From: Lama guanicoe
Taxonomy: Eukaryota
DNA length: 64,000 nucleotides
Reading direction: 5' to 3'
NCBI GenBank assembly: GCA_013239625.1
Contig: MU054400.1
Span: forward strand, 355,146 to 419,145
Positions 11,320 to 23,200 of the stretch are shown piece by piece. The stretch's first letter is position 1; the number at the start of each line of letters is the position of its first letter. The notes under the pieces are model-generated. The model was given only the letters and a program-made list of their open reading frames with translations. It ran no database searches and had not been told where the DNA came from. A program made the position numbers and the translations under genes.

Positions 11320-12499
11320 CTCACCAAAACTGACTTAAGAAGAAAATTTTTTAATCTAAATAAGCCAATAACCATTAAAAAAAAAAAGACATAGGGAAGT
11401 TAAAACACAACATCATTCCTAGGAAAATGTGGCCGTGGATAGGTTTATTTTCAAGGTTCCTGCCCTTAATTTTTTTGGTATCCACTTCATTCAGTGCCCA
11501 GTCCCGACATGCAAAATAGCCCCCACCACCACACCACCCACTCCAGAATCACTGGATCTTAGCAGTGGAGGGGCCCTCAGTCCATCTCCTGCTCCCACAG
11601 TGCTCCAGTCACCAACATCCTGGTTGAGGCTTCCAGTCTTCGCTTAACTACATGCAAGGGTGAAGCTCATTGCTTGTTAGGGTGCCCCTCCATTCCTGCT
11701 CACTCTGATGAGTGAGAAACATGCAATGCAAACCCTCTTCCATATCTACTTCTCAGTGGTCCTAGTTCGGCTACCTGAATGCACCTAACCCTCTCCTCCA
11801 GGGCAGTCTTTGACACAGTCCCTCATTCTCTTCTCCTTCATGAGAACTCCTATAAACTGCTCTGGGGTTTACAAAGCACTTTCCTTACAGCTCATTAGTA
11901 AATTGACATTCCAAAGGGGGATGGTATGGAGAAGGGAGACCCCACACCCTGACATTACTTGGGTCCTATTAACAGAAATGAGTCCTTCACCCTGTTTATT
12001 CAGAAGTTGACATTAGGCATAAAAAATAGGCAAGACCTTCTCAGTCAGACCCTAGGGAAGAGATCCTAAAAATATATCCATGTCCTCAGGCACCGTGGTC
12101 AGAGCCGACACTATGAATAGCCCTCCGTGCTCCCTGGAGATTCAGGCAGGCAACAAGAAGGGGCTTGCAGGCCAGCTTGTATGTGGGGGTGCGGGGGGAG
12201 TTGTCAGCCAGGGCTGGCCTTTGTCCTCTAAGAGATGAGGCATGGCCCAGAGCAATGGATGCTTCGTCCACTCCCGAGCCATGAGACGGTGCAGAGGAAG
12301 AGAATGGGGGGAGTTTGATCATATTATAATAGTCATAATTTCCCTTGATATTTGAGAATTATGAGCAAGGACTTGGATTCAAATTAACTTGTGATTAAAC
12401 TCAAATAATATTATGGTACTATTGATTAAAGTGAAATATTTGGCTACACTAAGTCCAGGGTGGTGGAAGGACTTAATTCCACGTAAGTATTATCACTTA

Positions 12500-12720
12500 A
12501 TAATAACAGTAATAATTAACATTTATGGAGCTAGTCACTGTGCTTTCTCTGTGTTATCTCATTTAATCCTCACAACAACCCTATAAGGAGATACTATTAT
12601 TATCTTCATTTTACAGTTGAGGAGACTGAAGCTGATAGCAAGTAAGGCCACACTTACCTAAGGTCACACAACTAGTAAATAAATTACTCTGGGCCCATTA
12701 TGGCTCAGAATCTGAGCTCT
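12500..12720 (-). mobile_element. MIR SINE
   Basis: CTCATTTAATCCTCACAACAACCCTAT...CATTTTACAGTTGAGGAGACTGAAGCT. Confidence 0.85.
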
Positions 12721-13624
12721 TATTCAAGAGACGAAAACTGAGAAAGAATAAGGCCGCCTTCCTGAGAGCCATTCAGAGCAGGCTGGGGTCTCTAGGTACC
12801 ACTCACTCCTTCCTGGGGACTTCTCCTGAGAAGCAAGCAGGACAGGACTCTGACTGATGGGGACCCTGGGGGAGTCTGGGCCCAGGACTCTGCCATCTGC
12901 CATCTAGGCTCTACCTCAGCTGCCTGCTCACGTCATACCTGGAGCCCCAGGCTTCCCTGTGCTGCTGCTACCCACACCTGCTTGACTGAGCAGAGGAGTT
13001 TGAGCAGAACTCAGCCTGTGCTAAGCCCCTGGACCCTTAAAGCCAGCAGGTCTCCCCGGAAAAACACAACCCATCTGTTCTTCCTTGTCAGTCACCCCCT
13101 GTGCCAGAGCTGAAGGACTTGTCACCTGCAGCCTGTTGTTGAATGAAGCACTAGAGAGGGAGAGCACCTTTGAGAACTAGGTCCCTGGGCTCACACACCT
13201 GGCTGGTGACAGAGCTGGGTCTAGAACCTAGGTTCAAATCATTTGCCTACTCGTTTCCACTGCCTAAAATGGATAAAAAAGTCAACAGAGGTAGAGTTTC
13301 TTGGTAAAAAGATGCAGTTATGTGATTATGCCATCCTCAGAGTCCCAAAAATTGGGCCAGCTCAAAATCCTTTTCTTTTGCTTTTGTTGCATTACATTTA
13401 TCTGCATGATTAGATTCTGGATAGGCTGCGGCTCAAGTTAATTTGAATTCCTTGATTTCATATGAGTTGACAGTGGAATCTGGTGCCCCGAGAATGGGCT
13501 GGGTGGCAGGCTGAGCTTAGTTAGGGATTCTAATTTGTTAAACATAGTCTTCGGGTAATTGAGAAGTGACCATAGGCTGCTTAAACTCACTGTCTCTCAG
13601 AGCTGAGAGGGACATTAACATTAG

Positions 13625-13920
13625 CTGTGCGTTCCTAATCGTGATGATACCCAAACACCATCAGTCACATGCTACTACCATAATTTTTGGAATATCTGTG
13701 AACCACTATTATCTACCTCATGTGTTTCTGTAAAAGAGCTTATTTAGTTTACTTACTTGCCTAAAAGTAGTATCTGTGAAATCACAAGCTGATATTCTGG
13801 TTAATTTTTTTCTAATACGTATTAAAACAAATACACAACTGGTAAGCTATTTTAAAATAACTCACCAGTAATACATAAACTACTACCGGCACATACTGCC
13901 ACACCAGATGCACAAATCCC
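13625..13920. mobile_element. Possible old hAT-Charlie non-autonomous element
   Basis: AT-rich block with TATCTGTGAAATCACAAG-type phrases recalled from Charlie MITEs; termini not resolved. Confidence 0.3.
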
Positions 13921-15399
13921 TTCTACACACTGTAAATACCTAAAGAGTTACTTCCCAGCTAAATGGCCAGACTGCTGTGGAAGGACACCAAACAGTATGG
14001 AAGTGATCAAAAGAACATTCTGCAATTTTTGCTTTTTTCCAGCAAGAACGTCTTGAGAGAGAATAAGGCTTCCCTCAAAGAGGTGGTTAGAATTTCAATG
14101 CCACTTTTAAGTTCCTGAGCAGGCGACAAGTCCTCTGAGTCTCTTAAGTCTTCATTCTACAAGGGGACAAGGATACCCACGATACGCATTTGACAGGGTT
14201 GTGCTATGGGTTCAAATGCATACATAAAGCATCTAGCACAGTACCTGGCACAAAGTAATCACCTAATGAATATGAGTTCCCCTCCTTTTCCACAAGAGTA
14301 CCGAGTAAAGCAACCTGGAAACACTGACTAACGGCTTTCCTTGGTAAGAATCTGCCTGATGTATTTCCTACAGGCGCTCCAATCACCCACTGTTCTGCAG
14401 TGAATTTGGGGCTGTATTTTCCTTCAAGCTTGGCTGGGAGCCTGATTATCTTTCCAAACCGTAACTAGGGGACATGATCATTCTGAACCTCAAGACAGAA
14501 TTTCTGACTGAAATGGGAGAGCCGTCCACCACTGTCAGTTTCCTAAATCCAACAGATTTCCAGGATCCCAGGGGGGAGGCTGGTCTGCCTCTGGGGTCAC
14601 TCTGGAGTGGAGGGTAGGGTGGCCTCTACCATGGGAGGCACCAGCCCTGAACCTGGCTGGATGCTTAAGCCAACAAAAATTCGGCAGAAATGCATCAAGC
14701 ATCACGATCACTGTCAAACGCCTTTGAACGGGGATACACAGCTGCCAGGAAAAGTGCAGGAAGAGTAGAGCTGGAGCATACACAGTCCTAATGAGGTGGG
14801 CTGTGGTCAAAGCCTTCTTTGCATTCATTTCACTCATTATTATGTGGCATAAGGAAATTTTCTGCCAAGCGGAGTGACCTAGACATGTGATTTCCTGTGC
14901 TCTCTGGGAATATGCAGAGCATTATAAGAAGTAATGATTCCCAAAGAGCCCATCTAATCTGACAATTTTCATCAGCCTCTCAAGGAAGATTTTCTTTTGT
15001 CCATTTCTCCCTTTTTTTAGTGTGTTACTATAAAAAAAGAGAGAGAGAGAGAGAACAAGATCTATAACCTTCAACAATGTCCTTGCAAAAGTTGGAAGTG
15101 TGACATGAGTGCTATCTTGCCCTCATCTTTACCACCAGTCAGCATTTCTCAGCAGGAGAATTAAACATACCCTGGCCCAACTCTCATCTTTCTCTAAATC
15201 TTGGTGGTACTCTCCAGGAGCCTTATAGGAGTTTAGCCTAAGAACCACAGGCACTAGATAGTCAGGACCAAATTGTGTGAATCTAGGCTGTCAGATCCTG
15301 ATTGCTCTAATCTCAACTAATTTCGAGTCCACATTTGGGAACATTGTTTATGAGGGACTTGGGGATAACATTCTGATGCTGGTCATTTACAAACCTTGG

Positions 15400-15584
15400 T
15401 GTTTTGTTTTGTTTTGTTTTGTTTTTTGTTTTTTGTTTTTTACATTTTTTATTGATTCATAATCATTTTACAGTGTTGTGTCAAATTCCAGCGTTCAGCA
15501 CAATTTTTCAGTCACTCATGGACATAGACACACTCATTGTCACATTTTTTTCTCTGTGATTTATCATAACATTTTGTGTATATT
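15400..15584 (-). mobile_element. Young L1 3' end, about 140 nt plus (AAAAC)n tail
   Basis: Reverse complement of the 3' UTR at 4085-4245; (GTTTT)n tail; no clear TSD. Confidence 0.85.
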
Positions 15585-16239
15585 TGATATGAGTGAAATC
15601 TACTGTCTGACTTTTATCCCAAAACACCTTTTGTTTCTGATACTGAACTCACTTAAAAAAAAGAAGAAAGAAAGAAAAGAGAAACAAAGATTGAAATACG
15701 ATTTAAATGTTTTACAGTAAAAATTAATCAAAACAATAGCATTCAGCATAAAATAAATAATTATTCATCATTAGCAACAGTAAGACTACCAATAAGATGA
15801 TGGCACTCACTAGCAAAAGCGGCTTAGAGGATTTAATAAGGATTTCAATTAAAAAGACATATAAATGAAAAGCCAAAGAACTGAGAATTCAATACAGTTT
15901 TAAATATCACATGACTTTCAGATTTGCCAAAATCCTTACTGATATACCACACAAAATGTTGATACATTACACACTTCAGCTTCAAAGTAAAGAAAAGTAG
16001 TTTTCTAGCCATCCAAAAGCTATGGGTATTCTTCCTCCCTATCCTGCCCCTGTTTCTCTGGAATCATTCTTTCGCATTCTGTGAACCCCTTTCCATTCTC
16101 TTATTAAAGGCTCCAAGGATCCATTTCTCTCTCACACTCCCCCATACACACGATCCCCCAGCACAGTCAACAAACTCCATCCCAGGGAGGAAAACAGCAT
16201 CAACAACCCAAAACAGAAAATGCCAAACCACTGACTTTT

Positions 16240-18433
16240 TTTTTTTAAAATTTTTTTATTGAGTTATAGTCATTTTACAATGCTGTGTCAAATTCCAGTG
16301 TAGAGCACAATTTTTCAGTTATACATGAACATACATATATTGTCACATTTTTTTCACCGTGAGCTACCACAAGATCTTGTATATATTTCCCTGTGCTATA
16401 CAGTATAATCTTGTTTATCTATTCTATGTTTTGAAATCCCAGTCTGTTGCTTCCCACCCCCTGTCCCCTTGGCAACCACAGTTTGCATTCTGTCTATGAG
16501 TCTGTTTCTGTTTTGTATTTACGCTTTGTTTTGTTTTTGTGGGGTTTTTTAGATTCCACATATGAGCAATCTTACATGGTATTTTTCTTTCTCTTTCTGG
16601 CTTATTTCACTTAGAATGACATTCTCCAGGAACATCCATGTTGCTGCAAATGGCGTTATGTTGTCGGTGTTTATGGCTAAATAGTATTCCATTGTATAAA
16701 TATACCACCTCTTCTTTATCCAGTCATCTGCTGATGGACATTTAGGCTGTTTCCATATCTTGGCTATTGTAAATAGTGCTGCTATAAACATTGGGCTGCA
16801 GGTGTCATCCTGAAGTAGGGTTCCTTCTGGATATATGCCCAGGAGCGGGATTCCTGGGTCATATGGTAAGTCTATTCCTAAACTGTTTTCCGGCTGCACC
16901 AAACTGCATTCCCACCAGCAGTGTAGGAGGGTTCCCTTTTCTCCACAGCCTCTCCAGCAGTTGTCATTTGTGGACTTTTGATTGATGGCCATTCTGACTG
17001 GTGAGGGGTGATACCTCACTGTAGTTTTGATTTGCATTTCTCTGACAATTAGTGATATTGAGCATTTTTTCATGTGCCTATTGATTATTTGTGTTTCTTC
17101 CTTGGAGAATTGCTTGTTTAGGTCTTCTTCCCATTTTTGGATGGGGTTATTTGTTTCTTTCTTGTTAAGTCATATGAGCTGCTTATATATTCTGGAGATC
17201 AAGCCTTTGTCGGTTTCATTTGCAAAAATTTTCTCCCATTCCGTAGGTTATCGTTTTGTTTTACTATGGTTTTCTTTGCTGTGCAGAAGCTTGTAAGTTT
17301 CATTAGGTCCCATTTTTTCATTCTTGCTTTTATTTCTATTGCTTGGATAGACTGCCCTAGAAGAACATTTTTGAGATGTATGTGAGATAACGTTTTGCCT
17401 ATGTTTTCTTCTAAGGTTTGTTACATCTTGTCTTATGTTTAAGTCTTTGATCTATTTTGAATTTATTTTTGTGTATGGTGTAAGGGAGTGCTCTAGCTTC
17501 ATTGATTTACATGCTGCTGTCTAGTTTTCCCAACACCATTTGCTGAAGAGGCTGTCTTTATTCCGTTGTATACTCTTGCCTCCTTTGTAGAAGATTAGTT
17601 GACCAAAAGTTTGTGGGTTCATTTCTGGGCTCTCTATTCTGTTCCATTGGTCCATATGTCTGTTTTTGTACCAATATCATGCTGTTTTTGATTACTGCAG
17701 CTCTGTAGTGTTGTCTGAAATCTGGGAGAGTTATTCCTCCAGCCTCTTTCTTTTTCTTCAGTAATGTTTTGGCAATTCTAGGTCTTCTGTGGTTCCATAT
17801 AAATTTTATTATGATTTGTTCTAGTTCTGTGAAATATGTCCTGGGTAATTTGACAAGGATTGCATTACATCTGTAGATTGTCTTGGGCAGTGTGACCATT
17901 TTAACAATACTGATTCTTCCAATTCAGGAGCATGGGATATCTTTTCATTTTTTTAAGTCTTCTTTAATTTCCTTCATCAGTGTTTCATAGTTTTCTGTAT
18001 ATAAGTCTTTCATCTCCTTGGTTAGATTTATTCCTTGGTATTTTATTACTTTGGGTGCTATTTTAAAGGGGATTGTTTCTTTACATTCTTTTTCTGTTGA
18101 TTCATCATTAGCGTAAAGAAGTGCAACTGATTTTTGAACATTAATCTTGTAACCTGCTACCTTGCTGAATTCTTCGATTATTTCTAGTAGTTTTTGTGTG
18201 GACCTTTTAGGGTTTTCTATCATGCCATCTGCATATAGTGACACTTTTACCTCTTCTTTTCCATTTTGGATCCCTTTTATTTCTCTCTCTTGCCTGATTG
18301 CTGTGGCTAGGACTTCCAAGACTATGTTGAATAGGAGTGGTGATAGTGGGCAGCCTTGTCTTGTCCCAGATTTTAGTGGGAAGCCTTTGAGTTTTTCACT
18401 GTTGAGTACTATGCTGGCTGTAGGTTTGTCATA
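16240..18433 (-). mobile_element. Young 5'-truncated L1 (2.2 kb): RT domain to 3' UTR, defective
   Basis: ORFs 17945..18442 ([26 protein letters not shown] where YADD is expected), 17558..17899 and 16549..17073 are ORF2 pieces in broken frames; exact 17-bp TSD CCAAACCACTGACTTTT (16223-16239 / 18434-18450). Confidence 0.97.
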
Positions 18434-19799
18434 CCAAACCACTGACTTTTAATTTCAGCATATACTATACAGGTTTAGGTGTAACTGGTTCTTTTAATAA
18501 TAGTTTCTAGAATAATGTTTAGATACTCTTTGTCAATTTTCTAGATACACACCAAGGGACAGGAGAAGCAGGAGCCCACACATCAGAGAATGAACTGGTA
18601 AGAATTTGAGATTTTAAATTTACTACAGCGGATGCATTTAAAGTTGATCTGACAGGGGAGCAAAAAAAAAAAAATATGAGTAGCTCCAGTGTCTTTCTTC
18701 CCCAGACCACTCCCCTGCCCTATGTAAGGACTAAGTGGCCTTTCAGATCAGTTCCTAGATCTTTTCGTATTGTGAGGAACTAAGATAATGGAGGAAGAAG
18801 AAAAATTAAAGTCGCCAAAAAGGCTACACTGACCTACATAATGAAGAGCTGAAGCTGAGCAAAGGAGAGTGAAGAGATAAGCAAGTTTATGTGAGTTCGG
18901 TTGGGTAAAGATTTGGGGAGTAGTCTGTATGAGGGAGAAAAGAGACTTTGGAGCAGCTACTGTGTTGGAGAGATACTTTCAGGCGGAAAAACTAGGATTT
19001 TTAAGATGTTTTACTATGGCATTTTAGAAGAGAGAGCAAGAATGATTTAATTTGTTTATAATTATTATTTGCTGGTCTGTTATTCATTGACTGGGATTCC
19101 ATGCTGGACTGGACTACAAGGTGATTATCCTCCCAATCTGCATTATATCAGGTGTCAACGAAGACTCCAAGTCACCAGATTAGTTGGCAATCGTTGATAT
19201 GGTGTGTGTGTATGTTTTGTTCTTTTAACATAGTTAGCTCTCCTCTCTCTATTAGACATGAAGCTCTTTGACAACACATACTTTGCCTTTTATAAAATAA
19301 GAATAAAAAGTACAGAGTTCCACAACGTGGCAGGATATGATCATTAAAGTTCACTGCTTGATGCAGAGATAAGACTGAGGCCACTCAGCTACAATGGCCT
19401 CAGTGCAGAATGTACTTCACGCCCTGTTCCATCAACAAGGCTCTGGGAGAGGCAAAGTAGTCCCAGCTGCAATTCTGAAATCCCCAGGTGCACCAGCCCA
19501 GGTTACTTTAGCTATTATAAATTACTGGCACCTGAGAACTCATTGCCCCACACAGTGCATCTTAATAGCATGGCTGAGAACCATGGATATAAACCATTTG
19601 CTTTAGACAACCAAAGGATCCTTCTGAAAATCAGAAATGTCTATGGAGACTGACTCCATTGTCCAGAGAAGTGATCCCCAAAAAAGCAGAGCCAGGCAGT
19701 AACGGTCAAGCTCAGTGTGGACCTTTCCAAACTGTGGGACTAGTCTTGCATACCTCTACAGCCCAAGGGAGTTAGGGCCCGAGACTGTCTTCTTTAAAG

Positions 19800-20200
19800 T
19801 GTAGTGGGAAGAGCACTAGACTCCGAGCCAAGAGAACTAGATTCAATCCAAGCTCTGTCACCATCTTAAGAGGCATCATGGGGTGGGGGGTTGTGCAAAG
19901 AAGCAGACTTCGGAGCTAGGCAGACTGGGTTCAAACTCCCATTCTCTCACTTACTCTTCTTGTGACCTTGGGCAAAGCACGTCACCTCTTTGTGCCTCAT
20001 TTTCCTCAACTGTTAAAAGGAATAATAATGTTTGCTTAACAGGGTTTGTTGTAAGAATTAAATGAGGACATATGCAGGTGCTCAGTAAAGGTCAGTTACT
20101 GCTGTGCAGCCTTGAGCAAGTCACTGTTAAGCTCTGGACCTCAGTTTCCTCATTTGTAAAGCATTAGAGATGGATTATATAATTTCAAAGACTTCTGACA
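19800..20200 (+). mobile_element. MIR cluster (a MIR apparently within a second MIR)
   Basis: Two MIR cores: TGTGACCTTGGGCAAAGC...TGTGCCTCATTTTCCTCA and CCTTGAGCAAGTCAC...CCTCAGTTTCCTCATTTGTAAA. Confidence 0.7.
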
Positions 20201-23200
20201 ACAGGGAACTCTAAAAAGATGTCAGATCCTGACATAGAATAATAAACATAAGGAACAAATAGCTAAGGAAAATTCAGCATGAGATGTGGATTCAATCTTC
20301 CCATAATGGTCAAGGCAGAGGCAGTAGAGACCAAGCAAGTTGGACAGGCTATGGTCAAGCCAGGCATCTGCAGGAAGTGGACCTCCCCCAGTCACCTGGG
20401 CACATGGAGCAGATCTCACTTTCCTCACAAAGGCCATCCCCACAAAATCAATGGAGACAAAGAAAAAGAACACTAAATAAAAAAGATCTTTAAGACCAAA
20501 AAATGTAAATTCAATAAAAAGTGATTTTTAAATGGAACAAAAAGCAAACTGGTCTAAGACTGAGTTTTGATGCTGGTCCTATCACTAGCTCGACTTCCAG
20601 TTTTGCTTTGACTAACCAGGAAGCTCATGGCCAAAGTCAGAGTTCATTTTCAATTGACTCTATGAATTGTCACTATACTCCCCCTTTTACTTGGCCATTA
20701 TACTTTAACTTATTTTCCATCTCAGCTTGGTTTTTATTTTAGATTCTCCTATTTTATTGTACCTATTCTTACAATCCACTTTAAATCCTTTATGAAAAAA
20801 GGCAAGGCATAAATAACTAGAAATAACTCAATTACTTTACACATCATTTCCCTATGTATAAAATAAGAGTTTGGGACTCAACGTCCAATATCTCTTTTAG
20901 CTCTAATCCAGCTAATTCTAATCCTTTATTTCTAAAGCTCAAAATCCATACTAGGCTGCCTTTATAGAGCCTTGACTCTATGTAAGCCCATTAGGCATTG
21001 CATCAGTATCCTAGAATAGGATTTACAACTCTAACTAACAGTTGAATGGGGCTTAACATTTCTGTAGACTTTATCACCTTGAGTTTAAAATTACCTCCCT
21101 TTGATCTTCAGCAGCCCTGTGTGAGAAGGGAAGCAGGGACACATCTCCATTTTATAGACAAGGAAACAAATACAAAGATTAACTGACTTGCTCAAAATCA
21201 CATAAGCAATGGCTGGCATGGGTACTTGAATGCTTACCTTCTGACTCTAAACCTTTGGCACTCTCCAACCTCCCAGCCTCTGAGAAAGATCCCCCCAGCT
21301 CCCACGGAACACTTCCAGGTCACAAATCTCCTGGGACAGCCTCTTTGATAGGTTGTTCTGGAGTATCTTCCGCTCCAGTCCTGTGGAGTACCACAGAATT
21401 GGTCTTATTCCTCTTTGACATGACAGGCCTTCTAACCTTTGAAACAGTAATCCTGCACCCTTTAAATCTTCATTCCTGATCCAAACATCAGAGACATATT
21501 CCCTTGGGGCTGTTTTATCTGTTAGGCCAAAAAGCCCAGTGCCTGGGGCCCACAAGCTTTCCAGGAGGCTATGGGGAAAAAAATGACTGGCTCTAAGTTA
21601 CACAAAAGTGAACGAAAATTAATAAGCATTCAATTAACTGCTTGTAAAGTATAACATTTTGTAAACTTCATTCATTGTTCAATTCATTATTCATAAAAAA
21701 CTGTTCATTACATGTGAGAATAATTTGTGGATTAGATTCTCTTGTTTTATAAGAATCTGTGAGTAGGCACAATGATTGATAAAAAGACATAGTCAACTGT
21801 AAATTAAATAAGGTATTCATAGGCAAGTAGTTTTAAAAACAAATTTACAAAAAACTGTTTCAACACTTTCATGGAAATTTTTGCCTTTAATTGAGATGTG
21901 AATGCATTTTAATATGTTTGGTCTAAGTGCTAAAATCTCCAAAAGAGTCTACAAAAAATTTAAAATGGCGCTGAGTCTCCCATTGTCAAAATTTCTCCAT
22001 GTAAGTCAACAAGGTATCTTTTAGTAAGATGTCTCCCCGTGGCTTATGTAGTTTCTTCTATTTGCTGGATTTTCCCAGTAAATCGAACCTCGTTAGTTAA
22101 GAGGGAAATGAAGGTGCTGGGGGGCACTTAGAGCCCTGCCCCAACATCACCAACACGGCCTATAGTGTGCCAGAGATAACAGATAACTAAGAATTCAAAA
22201 GGCTCCCCGTAGAAAGCTTCCTCTCTCCTCACCAGTCAAACTTCTTTCAGATGTGATGAGAAAGTCTGCTTTAAAAATTCAAACTCTGGCAAAACAGTCT
22301 GTATGTTGCCAAAGGCATGGTTTGAATTGCCTCAAGGAGCCTTGGGGTGCTCTGGCAGGATCCTAAAAATATTGTGGGTTAAGAACCATCTTGCATTCAG
22401 ACAAAGAGACTGCTGTTAATTCTGATAAACTTTTTGCATCCAAGCGATATGCTTGGCATCAAAAACGGGCAGTTCTTTAAAGGCGCAGAGGTTCTGTGAG
22501 TGCTCCCTTCACAGAATCTAAGGTAAGGCCATCAGGCATGAAGTCTTTGCCCTTGGCGCCCTCAGAAGCCACCAAGGGGAAAGCTGTAGGGATCAGCCTG
22601 TGAATCCAGGGGACTGGTAATGATACAGAACCTGCTTCCTGGAGGGCTGAGCCTGTGACTGCTGGCTTCCATCCCGGCCTTCTGGGAGTCCTGGGAGCTG
22701 GATTACCGAGGCAACATCTGGATGATAGCTGCTGAAGCCCACAGCCAATTCTAGAACTTGCTGGTCTGCTTGGGAAAGGAAAGCCAGAGCCTTATTTGGA
22801 TTCTAAGGGGACTTCCTGGGTCTTTCTGCCTGAGGCAGGAAATAAAGTGAGTTCCTGAGAGGGGTCAGGTAGGGGACATGGGGCCCTGCATCAAGAAGAC
22901 ATGCATAGGAAAAGCTTCCACTCAAAGGTACTCTATGTCCTCAGAGGCTCGGTCGCCTGGCTGAGGATGGATTTGCCTCATAAAAACACTGTGTCTCCTT
23001 CTAGCACTTCAAGAGTCTGTCCGGGGCTACCTCCTACTCAATCCTCCAAGTCAACTTGTTCCATGTTTGTGCCACAAACCTGAGCTTGTCTCTGCGCCCA
23101 GGCCCTTCAGATTGATGTTGAAATCAGCTTGCTTCTTGAGCTCGGCTTCCCCCGATGCTGTATGCAGACATCCTTTGTCTATATCCCCAAAGCCAGTCCT

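Noticed and set aside
16549..18442. Reverse transcriptase ORFs as a functional gene or novel RT system
   Set aside because: Ordinary 5'-truncated L1 with frameshifts, a broken YADD motif and a TSD.
21238..21436. Minus-strand exon candidate within ORF 21247..21555
   Set aside because: Good donor (AAG|GTAAGC) but weak AAG acceptor, no recognisable protein and no partner exons.
21600..22060. AT-rich block possibly from a hAT transposase
   Set aside because: Only faint motif resemblance and no termini; cannot be supported without a profile search.
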